Shown here: positions 50,257-59,821 of the stretch, one piece after another
Position numbering within the stretch: position 1 is the first letter of the stretch
Layout: each line of letters starts with the position of its first letter
Assembly (NCBI GenBank): GCA_965230295.1
Contig: OZ246001.1
Coordinates: 1,856,001-1,920,000, forward strand
Source: Marinicella sp.
GTDB taxonomy: Bacteria; Pseudomonadota; Gammaproteobacteria; Xanthomonadales; Marinicellaceae
Reading direction: 5' to 3'
Length of the DNA: 64,000 bases
Position numbers and translations under genes: made by a program
Notes under the pieces: model-generated
The model's database searches: none
What the model was told of the DNA's origin: nothing
Seen by the model: only the letters and a program-made list of their open reading frames with translations

Positions 50257-51126
50257 ATGGAAAGGTATGATGCAGAAAACAGATTTCATGCTTGGTATGA
50301 GCATTGGCATCGTTACCATTGGTTAGCCCCCCTGATCAAAGATCAAGTTGTGGCCGATTTGGCTTGTGGAGAAGGTTATGGCAGTGCCTTATTGGCACAA
50401 CATGCCAAAGAGATTTTTGCCATTGACATTGACCAGACAACCATCGATGCGGCCAGCAGGAACTATCCAGTAAGCCACTTGAAGTTTCTGCAAGCAGACG
50501 TTCTGGAAACGCCCCTTGAACAAAACAGCCTGGATGTGGTGGTTTCATTTGAAACCTTGGAGCACCTGGTTGAACAGCAACAACTTTTGGACGAATTCAA
50601 CCGCATATTAAAACCCCAAGGTGTCCTGGTTTTGTCCACTCCGGATAAAAATGTCTACTCCGGTGAGCACCACCACAATGAATTTCATGAGAAGGAATTG
50701 AGTGCCGATGAATTCACCGCATTGGTTGAGAAAAACTTTACCCATGTGCATTACTTTGGTCAGGAATTACAGACCGTATCTTTGTTGTCACCGATGAACA
50801 CAAACTCAGGGTTGCAACAAACAAAGCCAGTATATGTTGACCAAGACAATGCCTTCAAGCCTCATGCCAAATTAAGCAAACCCACTTATATGATTGCTGT
50901 GGCCAGTCACAATGAGTCGGCCTTGTTGCCATTTCAGCAATTAGGTGCCAGCTATTTCAACGATGTGAATAACAGTTTGTTTCAACATTATGAAAAGCAG
51001 GTTGCGGATTTTTTGTCAACCGATCAACAACTTATTGAAGCGAAACAACAATTGGTTTCATTGAAAAATCAAGTCAAGCAACAAAGTATGGTGATCAGTC
51101 AGCTTCAAGCCAGGTTGGGCCTTTGA
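50257..51126 (+). CDS. Class I SAM-dependent methyltransferase with C-terminal coiled coil
   Basis: EHWHRY, DLACGEGYG, SFETLEH, STP, NEFHEKE. Confidence 0.92.
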   Translation: MERYDAENRFHAWYEHWHRYHWLAPLIKDQVVADLACGEGYGSALLAQHAKEIFAIDIDQTTIDAASRNYPVSHLKFLQADVLETPLEQNSLDVVVSFETLEHLVEQQQLLDEFNRILKPQGVLVLSTPDKNVYSGEHHHNEFHEKELSADEFTALVEKNFTHVHYFGQELQTVSLLSPMNTNSGLQQTKPVYVDQDNAFKPHAKLSKPTYMIAVASHNESALLPFQQLGASYFNDVNNSLFQHYEKQVADFLSTDQQLIEAKQQLVSLKNQVKQQSMVISQLQARLGL

Positions 51127-51128
51127 GG

Positions 51129-54100
51129 TCATTCATCGATTTGTAACAGCTCTAGCCATTGTGCTGTGTGATCTTCAAGCCAATGATGGTCTGACACCCA
51201 GGCCCTCATGGTCTGACCATTGTCATACAACAATTGTCGGTCATTGTCATAAGCCTCCAATTGGTCCTTCCACAGTTTGGGCTGGTTGGGCAAAAGATCA
51301 GCAGGACTGTTTTGATAACAAGGCAAATCAGAAGCCAAAACAGGAATGCCCAGCGCGCCATACTCCAATAGTTTCAAGGCGCTCTTGGCTGCATTAAAGG
51401 CATTGTCCACCAGCGGCGCGATGGCTAGGTTCAAACCAAGTTGTTGTAGTTTTGCTGGATAATGAAGCAAGTTTACTGGCGAATGAAACTCAATCATATT
51501 GAGGTCAATGCCCTCAGGATGATCACCAAAAAACACCCAATCAAATTGATGATGGGTCTGTTCAACCAGTGGTTTGATCCAAAGTAAATCTGCTTGGTGT
51601 TGCCCTGCACCAGCCCAGCCTATCCGTAATTTCTTTTCTGTAGGAATGGCGTTTTGGACTTGAGGCCACAGGGTTTTGGATAGCCGGTTGGGTATCACTT
51701 TGATGTTTCTGTGCCAATTTTTACATTGTGTTGCAAGTACATCAGAACTGACCAATAAAGTGTCTGCCAGAGAACAGGCCAGTTTGATGCGGGTACCCAC
51801 ATCATCGGGGACTTTATTGGTCATTGGGCTGTAATCAGGAATTTGGGTCAACAAATCATCAAGACTGATGATGGTGTGGATGTTGAGTTGTTTGTGGTAC
51901 TGGTGTAAAGCCTTCAGTTGTTTATCGGCATAAAACCCGTGTAACAACAATGCATCAGGTTGTAACCTTGCCAGCTCATGCGGAGAGGGCACCCAATGTC
52001 GGTGTTTCGTGGACATGAATTGCACACTGATTTTGTTTTCTGCAGCCAACACATTCAGTGGTGATTTAACCCGGTAAAAACCGCTGGCCCAGTCATCTTG
52101 GGCATATGCGACCACTCTGGGAAGGGTTTTGGGTGTTTTAAAAACGACATGAACCAAATCCAGGTTGCAAGGGTATGTACAGCTCAGTGCTGGTGAATAA
52201 TTACTGTGAGTGGGCTGATGTAAACTGGCATCAATGATGTCCATTCTTTCGCTGGCCAGGGTGGTCTTGCTTTGAGTAAACTGCAAATAAGGGATGCCAT
52301 GTTTATGCCAGCCTGGATCATTGCTGATACCGATTTTAAATCCTGCTTGCTGTAAAGCCTGGGAGCACCTCAGTGCTTGATAAAACCCGTTTGGCGTTAA
52401 AATTTCTGAACGAACCGTTTGCCACGCTGCTTGCGAAAATAGCATCATGTCATCATCGAGCAGTTCGTGTTCTGTGGCCGATCCCGGCCAATCAAATCGA
52501 ATGTCCCTGATGCGGCCTATGCCATGAAAGTGAAGGTCGCTGCCATACTTTTTTGCCAACAAGTGGTTCCGGTTGCCCTCTGTGGCAGCAGGCATACTGA
52601 TGGCATCCAGTTCTGAGTCTTGTAAGGAGGTGATGAGTTTTTCTATGCAGTCATCATTGGACATGCGCACATTGTCATGCAATAACATGAAGTGGGTATA
52701 AGCTTTTTCATCAATCGTTGGGGTTTCATCTTGTTGGTTTTCCACATCAAGGTGTATCACATCGGTCAGGCCGTTGATGACGGTGTTTTGCTGACTGATC
52801 AGTTTAACGACCCCCTTGATTTGTGACTTTGGTAATTGACTTGCTAACAAAATCAGCAGTTTATATGGTTTACTTTTAACCTGTTTTTTTTGTGGGGCTG
52901 ATTTCCATTTCTTGACCCAAAGTTGATCCAGAATGGTGTGGCTGAAGTGAGGAAAGTAACTGACCTGATTGGTTTGGTGGGCTTTTCTGACCAGCTGTCT
53001 TAATGGCTGTGGTTGTTGTAGGGTTTGTTGTAACAAATCTGCCTTCCAAGCTGATTTTTTCAGCAATAAACAGCCAACTATTTGATGTCCGGCATCAAAG
53101 TTTGTCCAGGAAAAGCCAGCTTGAAACTGAGGTGCGTAGATTTGCTGTGTTTGGTTATGTAAGGCAAAATCAGCCAATCCCAGTTTGGCATTTGTGGCGG
53201 TGAATGAGGACATCCAGTTGCCGATGTTTTCATTGATGTGAGCCCCGGCCTCAATGATCAAAACGGTGTCAGCGTCTGTGTGTGCCAAGTCTTTAGCATC
53301 AATAAATTTTGGTGATTGTAGGTGTGTTTTGATGTTGTTTTGCGACTTTAAAAAAAGTTCATCAATCGTTCCCAACAGCAAAACAGGACAACCGCTGGGA
53401 GGTGTCAGCCAATCAGCACCTGCTTCCAGAGTTTGTGGAGCTTCAATCCACATTTGCATGGATTGATAGGCATTGGATCTTGGTGGAGGAAGTAAACTCA
53501 ATTCAAGACCACCGGGTTTTACCCATGTGCGGCTTTGTTTTGTGGTTATTGATTGGTGGTATTGACGTTCCAATACTGCGGTTAAATTTTCATTGTCTTG
53601 CACGAATTCGATTGATCTGATGGCATCATTTTGTTGTTGTTTCTTAATGAAATTTTCAATGGCATTAACCAAACTTGCTAAGTTGTTGTTTTGATATAAA
53701 AATCCGTTAACGCCCTCAGTGATGCGTTGACCATAGGCGCCCAAATCAGGCGCCACCACAGGGACACCATGTATCCAAGCTTCTGTCAGTGTGATGGAAT
53801 AGGTTTCTGGAATTTGGGCAGTGAAAACCACCAAGTCAACATCTTTCAGCAGTTTGCCCAGGTTGTCTTTATCATAACTGCCAGTGATGGTTATGTTGGT
53901 GTGATCCAATTGATCTTTGTATTTTGGATCAACCCCCCCGATGATTTGCCATCCAATGGCAGGGTTGTTTAAACGATGGTAAAGATCAATGAACAATTGT
54001 GCCCCTTTGAGGACGCCGAATTGACCCAGGAATGCCAACCGCAATTTACCCGGGTTAAGGGGTTTGAGTCGAGCGACTTGACTGGGGTAGTAGCAAGGAG

Positions 54101-55616
54101 AAAACACTTGGGAATGCTCACTGATTTCTGGAAAGATTTTTAAGTAGGCATTGCGTAAATAATGGCTGGCGAACTGTATTTTTTCTGCACCAGTGAGTGT
54201 TTTGTGCCATATTTTTTTTCTGATTTGCAAAAATGATTGGGTGGTTAATCGTGTTTTTTGCGTTTTTTTGCTGAGGCATTTGAGGCATTGTTCACTGGTT
54301 TCGTCACTTTGATTGTTGCCACAAAAAACTTCTTGTTTATTGTTGGTGGTACTCAAGCTGAAAATCTGGCAAAGGCCACTGTGGTCATGAACAAAGAAAA
54401 AATACGGGATGTCCAATTGTTGACAAATCAAGGGCCAAATCTGACTGCCAACGCCAACCAGAGAGTGAAAGTGAACCATTTGGAAATTTCCTAACAACAG
54501 TAACTGATGGAAAAATTGATCCATGCTTGTTTGGTAGAGGTCCGCTGGTAAATTAAAAATGATGTGTTCAGGTTGGTTTAAGCCAACTGGTATCTCAATT
54601 ATTTTCAACTGTTCATCGACTGGAGATTCATTAAGAAACTTCTTGTTTCTGGGGGGCATGATGATTGTATGTTGTAATTCGTTGCTGAATTGCGCGATCA
54701 ACTCATGGGTGAACAATTCAACCCCACCTTTGTTATCAATTCCGTGCACCACATGTAAAACTTTCGATTGTCTGGTGTTTTTGGCTGCCAGCCAATGTTG
54801 AATGAGGTGGGTGGGGTTTTTGGTATGGAACGCTTCCACTTCACCACTGTACAGAGGCCACCGCAAATCCAGTAACTTTTGGTGTTGGGTTTGTAAATCT
54901 GTGGCTGTCGCTCTGAAGCTTTGTGATCCTTGGTGTTTGACATAGGCTGCCGGTGCACAAGCGACTTGCCATCCAGCTTGGCGGATCAGCATCGAATAAT
55001 CACATTCCTCTCCATAACCTGGGTCATAGAACGGATCAAACCCGCCCAGTTGTTGTAACACAGCTTGTTTGATCAATAAACAAAAGCCCACTGCAGTTGG
55101 TATGGGGTACCACATTCCTTTTAACGCTGTTAAATGTTCGATCTGGGTTGGGTCTTGGGTGGGTAGTGTCAGTATGGTTGCGTTGTTGGAAAGAGGGCAA
55201 ACCGCACCGACTTTTTCATCGCGGGCAACACACAGCATTGCGGCCAACCAACCATCAGTGACTTGGGTGTCAGCATTCAACAACAACACATGGTGGTCGA
55301 CTGTAGTCAGGTATTGGTTGACATTCTGTAGATACCCTAAGTTTTGTTTGCGATTGATTACAGTGACCTGGTCATGAACGGCCAAGGTGGACAAATATTC
55401 ATTAACCCGATGATCGGTGCTGGCGTCATTTAATAAGGTGATGAATTGGTACTGATCGGTGTACCTCAATAACGCATCGAGGCATTTAACCAATGCATCA
55501 AAACCATTGTAAACGGGTACAATGATTTCGACTTCAATCACCTCATCAGACTCATGGGCAGTATTCAGTATCTGATGCTTGGATAAGTTATTGAGGTATT
55601 GGTCGATGCGGGTCAT
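51129..55616 (-). CDS. Multidomain glycosyltransferase (GT2 + GT4 + degenerate GT2-like + C-terminal GT-B)
   Basis: IIVPVYN, LLNADT, GYGEECD; GGVE, ETYSITLTEA; D.WASGFYRV, RIGWAG, FNAAKS.LKLLEYG. Confidence 0.9.
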   Translation of the reverse strand: MTRIDQYLNNLSKHQILNTAHESDEVIEVEIIVPVYNGFDALVKCLDALLRYTDQYQFITLLNDASTDHRVNEYLSTLAVHDQVTVINRKQNLGYLQNVNQYLTTVDHHVLLLNADTQVTDGWLAAMLCVARDEKVGAVCPLSNNATILTLPTQDPTQIEHLTALKGMWYPIPTAVGFCLLIKQAVLQQLGGFDPFYDPGYGEECDYSMLIRQAGWQVACAPAAYVKHQGSQSFRATATDLQTQHQKLLDLRWPLYSGEVEAFHTKNPTHLIQHWLAAKNTRQSKVLHVVHGIDNKGGVELFTHELIAQFSNELQHTIIMPPRNKKFLNESPVDEQLKIIEIPVGLNQPEHIIFNLPADLYQTSMDQFFHQLLLLGNFQMVHFHSLVGVGSQIWPLICQQLDIPYFFFVHDHSGLCQIFSLSTTNNKQEVFCGNNQSDETSEQCLKCLSKKTQKTRLTTQSFLQIRKKIWHKTLTGAEKIQFASHYLRNAYLKIFPEISEHSQVFSPCYYPSQVARLKPLNPGKLRLAFLGQFGVLKGAQLFIDLYHRLNNPAIGWQIIGGVDPKYKDQLDHTNITITGSYDKDNLGKLLKDVDLVVFTAQIPETYSITLTEAWIHGVPVVAPDLGAYGQRITEGVNGFLYQNNNLASLVNAIENFIKKQQQNDAIRSIEFVQDNENLTAVLERQYHQSITTKQSRTWVKPGGLELSLLPPPRSNAYQSMQMWIEAPQTLEAGADWLTPPSGCPVLLLGTIDELFLKSQNNIKTHLQSPKFIDAKDLAHTDADTVLIIEAGAHINENIGNWMSSFTATNAKLGLADFALHNQTQQIYAPQFQAGFSWTNFDAGHQIVGCLLLKKSAWKADLLQQTLQQPQPLRQLVRKAHQTNQVSYFPHFSHTILDQLWVKKWKSAPQKKQVKSKPYKLLILLASQLPKSQIKGVVKLISQQNTVINGLTDVIHLDVENQQDETPTIDEKAYTHFMLLHDNVRMSNDDCIEKLITSLQDSELDAISMPAATEGNRNHLLAKKYGSDLHFHGIGRIRDIRFDWPGSATEHELLDDDMMLFSQAAWQTVRSEILTPNGFYQALRCSQALQQAGFKIGISNDPGWHKHGIPYLQFTQSKTTLASERMDIIDASLHQPTHSNYSPALSCTYPCNLDLVHVVFKTPKTLPRVVAYAQDDWASGFYRVKSPLNVLAAENKISVQFMSTKHRHWVPSPHELARLQPDALLLHGFYADKQLKALHQYHKQLNIHTIISLDDLLTQIPDYSPMTNKVPDDVGTRIKLACSLADTLLVSSDVLATQCKNWHRNIKVIPNRLSKTLWPQVQNAIPTEKKLRIGWAGAGQHQADLLWIKPLVEQTHHQFDWVFFGDHPEGIDLNMIEFHSPVNLLHYPAKLQQLGLNLAIAPLVDNAFNAAKSALKLLEYGALGIPVLASDLPCYQNSPADLLPNQPKLWKDQLEAYDNDRQLLYDNGQTMRAWVSDHHWLEDHTAQWLELLQIDE

Positions 55617-55745
55617 CTGCTGGTTTTGTTGCTTGATGGGTGTTTAGATTTGACGTCGGTGATGATTTGCAACGTGGAAAGTGTGGTAAAAGACCTTAAA
55701 ATAGCTGTTTATCAGCAAATTTGAAATATTTATTATATCCATATA

Positions 55746-55758
55746 TATCAATAACTTA
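55746..55758 (+). promoter_or_regulatory. IHF-binding consensus TATCAATAACTTA
   Basis: Exact WATCAANNNNTTR match in an AT-rich intergenic region. Confidence 0.5.
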
Positions 55759-55801
55759 AATTGTTTTGTTAAAAAAACATTCAAATAATTTTACTTAAAA
55801 C

Positions 55802-55831
55802 TTGCATTAAAAGTATTCTGTATGTTATTGT
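55802..55831 (+). promoter_or_regulatory. Putative sigma70 promoter for the candidate sRNA
   Basis: TTGCAT-N18-TATTGT with extended TG and AT-rich UP region. Confidence 0.5.
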
Positions 55832-55838
55832 TTTACTT

Positions 55839-55921
55839 AGCAAATGTGCCCTATAACCGATTTCTCAAACATTCGGTTTATACCTCTTAATCCCAAACCG
55901 CATTGGATTGGGATTTTTTTT
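55839..55921 (+). ncRNA. Candidate ~83 nt small RNA
   Basis: TATAACCGA/TCGGTTATA hairpin, then AATCCCAA/TTGGGATT terminator with T-run; both neighbouring genes are on the opposite strand. Confidence 0.55.
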
Positions 55922-56051
55922 GCCTATTTTATCAGTGATTTTATATGAATCATCGAATGCTTTCAGGTTTTTCACAAAGTGCTGTTCAACAATACAAGTT
56001 CCTGGTTTCACTGCCATAAAAAGCTTGGTAGCTGACTTTTGCTGATGGCGT

Positions 56052-58571
56052 TCATGGTGCTGTTTTTTTGATCAGATTTGAGAGGAAAATGGCATTGATA
56101 ATCCAGCGTTGGGTGCCATACCAGAAAGCCCTGAAGTTTGGGTTGAATCCAAATTTTATGTAGGTCCCTTGCCCTGACTTTTGTGCCACAACCAAAGGAG
56201 CCTGTTGTAATTTTTCATGCCAATAGTCAGAGACATAACCGGCGGCTCGAACTTCTTTGGTGATTTGTAACGGGGTGTGGTAATAGTCATTTGTATCTGG
56301 TTTGACTCCTTGTAACACGGCTTTACCTTTGAGCAATACATGCTGGGTTGATAAATGGGTGCCAAAAGCCAGCGGATGGGTCAGGTCGGCATTGGCGCCA
56401 ACGATAGCGCCACCCAGTACTTTCTCGGCGGCATTTTTTTCATGGTCGCCATAAGCCTTGCGTTCTGCTTTTTCCGGTTCTTTGTTGTCTTTTTTGGCTT
56501 GTGAATCGGTTTCTTTTTCCGGGTTTTGTAAGTGATTTTCTACCCAATTGGCTGCTTTTTGCATGGCGATCAGATGGCCTCCCTTGTTAACCCACTGGTT
56601 GAGTTTTTGGGCCATTTTTTCATCCAGCTTATTTTCGTAGTCCCCGTTGGGCATGATGATGTGGGTGTAATCATTGAGGTTTACCCTTCTGACATGTGAT
56701 AGCCTGATTTTACTTACGGGCAAATAAACCTGGGTGTCAAATAAATGCCATAAACTACCGGCTTGATAGGCATCAACACCTTGTCCAACCAACATCATGA
56801 CTCGTGGCTGATTCAGTTTTTTGATCGCAGGTGAGCCCAAGTCCACCCCTTGGTCAGCCAATGACGTGTTCAAAGGATACCATTGAACACCAAAGGCATC
56901 GGTGATGGTGCTGAGTATAGAGAACAATTGGTCTTCATTGCTTTGTTGGTTGACGGGTAACACAAAACTACCTGCTGGCACTTGGTGGCCGTTGATGCTT
57001 AAGGGTTTTCCGGAAATCAGTACATCGTCATGCTGTTGGCTTAAGTAATGCAACGCAGCAGGTGCGTTACCACTGTGCCAATCAAAAACATAGGCAATGG
57101 CATTTTTGTTGTAACTGTTGTTTGGACCAAAGGCAGGTGCATTGCTGTGGGAGTCCAAGCTGGATTTGACCGCTGACCAATGGAAACCCCATGCCATGCC
57201 CAGGTTCCACGCGGAAACGTCATAAAAGGTGTTGTCCTGGAATGAAGTGTCGGTATTGAACAAAGACTGGATCAAGGTTGTTTGCATCTGATCCAGTGGA
57301 ATGTATACAGCTTGATCTTTGAGGTATTTATGACCGTCAATGGTTTTGTCGGTGGCCAAAAAAGTATAGGTGATTCTGTGTTGCTGCAAAAAACCCAGCA
57401 GTCTGTTGGCATCATGATCTCGACCAGCTATATCCAGTAGATAGCCTTTGGTGGCGAGTTTGGCTGCTGTTTGTCTGGCGAGTTTGAAGAAATTCTTTTT
57501 GTATTTGATCAGCTCTGCTCGGATTTGTTGGGATCCTGTAAAGGTGGAGCGTGCTGTGAGGAATTGGTTTCTGATACCGTCGGCCAATGAACGTTGACCA
57601 TTGTTGGTATCGATCACCCCGCCCATGGCCCTGGCTTGTTCGAACAAGATCCCAATGCTGCCTTGTAAGTCAGGGTAGGTAGAACCCTTGCCAGGATAGA
57701 AATCATCAAAACTTTCTTCATTGTAATAATATTGTCCGACTTGATCCAATGCCTGGGCGTGGAAGTTGGCCAGTTGGTTGGTCAACTCGACGTTTTTGTC
57801 ACTGATCAGCGGGTTTTTTCTGCTGGGTACCCCGGGTTGAAAGAAGAAAGTGGCCGCTGAACCCATTTCATGGTGGTCTGTGAGGACATGTGGTTGCCAG
57901 TCATGGAATTGTTTCAGTCTGGCTTTGGATTCGGTTTGGGTCAACAGCAACCAGTCACGATTCAGGTCAAACCAATAATGGTTGGTGCGACCACTGGGCC
58001 AGGCTTCAACATGTGACATGTCATTGGCATCGGTCACCGTGGTTAAAGAGCGGTTGTTGTTCACATAGGTGGTGAATCTGGACAGACCATCCGGATTCAT
58101 ACTGGGGTCAATCAACACAACGGTGTTGGCAAAACTGTCTTTGATGGCCGCATTGTTGGTGGCCAACAAGTACCAGGCAAATAACACCGAGGCATTGGAG
58201 CCACTGGATTCATTACCATGTATACTGAAACCATTCCAAATTTTAAGTACATCAGCATCGTTTTTTATCTGTTCCAGGTTGGCAATGTTTTCTGCCGAAC
58301 TGATGGCCAATAACACCAAGCGGCGACCTTCGTTGGTTTGTCCATAGTCAATCAACCTGGCTTCTGGTCTGGAGGCAGCCAATACGCTTAAATAGCTGAT
58401 CAGTTGATCATGACGCAAATGGCGGTCTCCTAACTCCTGCCCCAAAACAGCGGTGGGTGAAGGGATGCTGGCATCATACATTTCACCCTGTGGCAAATAG
58501 AATTCGAGGGGTTTTGCGATCAACAAAACGGGAGCCCATAACAAGGCCAAAACGGCAGTGGATTTTTTCAT
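56052..58571 (-). CDS. Secreted M14-family zinc carboxypeptidase
   Basis: IHGNE, NPDG, GRTNHYWFDLNRDW, DHHEM, GILFEQA. Confidence 0.92.
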   Translation of the reverse strand: MKKSTAVLALLWAPVLLIAKPLEFYLPQGEMYDASIPSPTAVLGQELGDRHLRHDQLISYLSVLAASRPEARLIDYGQTNEGRRLVLLAISSAENIANLEQIKNDADVLKIWNGFSIHGNESSGSNASVLFAWYLLATNNAAIKDSFANTVVLIDPSMNPDGLSRFTTYVNNNRSLTTVTDANDMSHVEAWPSGRTNHYWFDLNRDWLLLTQTESKARLKQFHDWQPHVLTDHHEMGSAATFFFQPGVPSRKNPLISDKNVELTNQLANFHAQALDQVGQYYYNEESFDDFYPGKGSTYPDLQGSIGILFEQARAMGGVIDTNNGQRSLADGIRNQFLTARSTFTGSQQIRAELIKYKKNFFKLARQTAAKLATKGYLLDIAGRDHDANRLLGFLQQHRITYTFLATDKTIDGHKYLKDQAVYIPLDQMQTTLIQSLFNTDTSFQDNTFYDVSAWNLGMAWGFHWSAVKSSLDSHSNAPAFGPNNSYNKNAIAYVFDWHSGNAPAALHYLSQQHDDVLISGKPLSINGHQVPAGSFVLPVNQQSNEDQLFSILSTITDAFGVQWYPLNTSLADQGVDLGSPAIKKLNQPRVMMLVGQGVDAYQAGSLWHLFDTQVYLPVSKIRLSHVRRVNLNDYTHIIMPNGDYENKLDEKMAQKLNQWVNKGGHLIAMQKAANWVENHLQNPEKETDSQAKKDNKEPEKAERKAYGDHEKNAAEKVLGGAIVGANADLTHPLAFGTHLSTQHVLLKGKAVLQGVKPDTNDYYHTPLQITKEVRAAGYVSDYWHEKLQQAPLVVAQKSGQGTYIKFGFNPNFRAFWYGTQRWIINAIFLSNLIKKTAP

Positions 58572-58579
58572 TTTTTAAT

Positions 58580-59821
58580 TTAAGTCAAATTTCGTTTAAC
58601 AGATTTTATGGCAGCCACGCGCAATTGTCTAATTTGATTACCCAGCTCAACACCTTCATAACCTTGGTCGAACAGTGGTTGCTTGTCCACATGCCTTGCG
58701 GCCTGGAAGAATTGTCTGATGTAATCGGCTTGTGGATAGGTCTTGAATTCATCTCCCCAGCGGCCAGTGGCGTCAGCTTCACAGGCCAGTATAAACTTTT
58801 CCAACTGCTTGGGTTGTCGATAGGCATTCAAACGACTGAACAGCTTTTCTATGGTAACAGGTCGCAACTCCATGATGGTGTGGGCGTGCAGGTGCCATTG
58901 GCAAACCAACACCGCCAGTTTTTTGTAGTGATTAGGTACTTTCAGGCGATTGCTCACCGCTTTAACCAGTGGGACGCCAGCCAATTCATGGCCACGATGA
59001 CTGGGCAAGACGTCTTTAGGGGTGATGCCCTTACCCAAGTCGTGGACCATAACTGCATAGGCCACATCATTGTCCAAGTCTTTGGCTTGATCAATGGCCA
59101 ACATGGCGTGGAGTCCAGTATCAATTTCAGGATGCCACATTTCCGTTTGTGGGATACCAAACAAACAATCGATTTCAGGCAGTAAAATTTTTAATGCACC
59201 ACAGTCGCGTAAGGTCATGAAGAAAGCCGATGGTGTGGTCTGATTAAGGCTGTTTTTAATTTCCTGCCACACCCGTTCGGTTACCAAGGCTTCAATTTCA
59301 CCGGCATTGACCAACCCTTGCATCAAGGCCAATGTATCAGGGTGAACCTGGAAGCCCAAGTGAGCCAAACGGCTCATAAAGCGCGCGACTCGTAAGACCC
59401 TGACGGGATCTTCAGCAAATGCTGGTGAAACATGTCGCAGTATTTTATTGGCCAGATCTTGTTGACCGCCATAGGGGTCGATGATGTGGCCTTCATCATC
59501 CATGGCCATGGCGTTGATGGTGAGGTCTCGACGCATCAAGTCATCTTCCAGTGACACCTCAGGACCGGTATTAAAACTGAAGCCATGATAACCTCTGGCG
59601 GTTTTTCTTTCGGTTCGCGCCAAGGCATACTCATCATTGCTGTCGGGGTGTAAAAAAACCGGAAAATCTTTACCCACCGGTTTAAACCCTTGGGCCACCA
59701 TTTGCTCTGGATTGCTGCCTACCACCACATAATCTTGGTCTTTGATGGGCAATCTCAACAAGTGGTCTCGCACCGCCCCACCAACCTTAAAAGTACCTGA
59801 GTGGGTGGTTGATGTGCTCAT
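58580..59821 (-). CDS. cca: Multifunctional CCA tRNA nucleotidyltransferase
   Basis: VGGAVRD, DQD, VGKDFPVFLHP, RRDLTINA, EDPVRVLRVARF, HDLGK; ATGA overlap with slt. Confidence 0.97.
   Translation of the reverse strand: MSTSTTHSGTFKVGGAVRDHLLRLPIKDQDYVVVGSNPEQMVAQGFKPVGKDFPVFLHPDSNDEYALARTERKTARGYHGFSFNTGPEVSLEDDLMRRDLTINAMAMDDEGHIIDPYGGQQDLANKILRHVSPAFAEDPVRVLRVARFMSRLAHLGFQVHPDTLALMQGLVNAGEIEALVTERVWQEIKNSLNQTTPSAFFMTLRDCGALKILLPEIDCLFGIPQTEMWHPEIDTGLHAMLAIDQAKDLDNDVAYAVMVHDLGKGITPKDVLPSHRGHELAGVPLVKAVSNRLKVPNHYKKLAVLVCQWHLHAHTIMELRPVTIEKLFSRLNAYRQPKQLEKFILACEADATGRWGDEFKTYPQADYIRQFFQAARHVDKQPLFDQGYEGVELGNQIRQLRVAAIKSVKRNLT

Noticed and set aside
58457-59185. 242 aa plus-strand ORF
   Set aside because: Antisense shadow of cca
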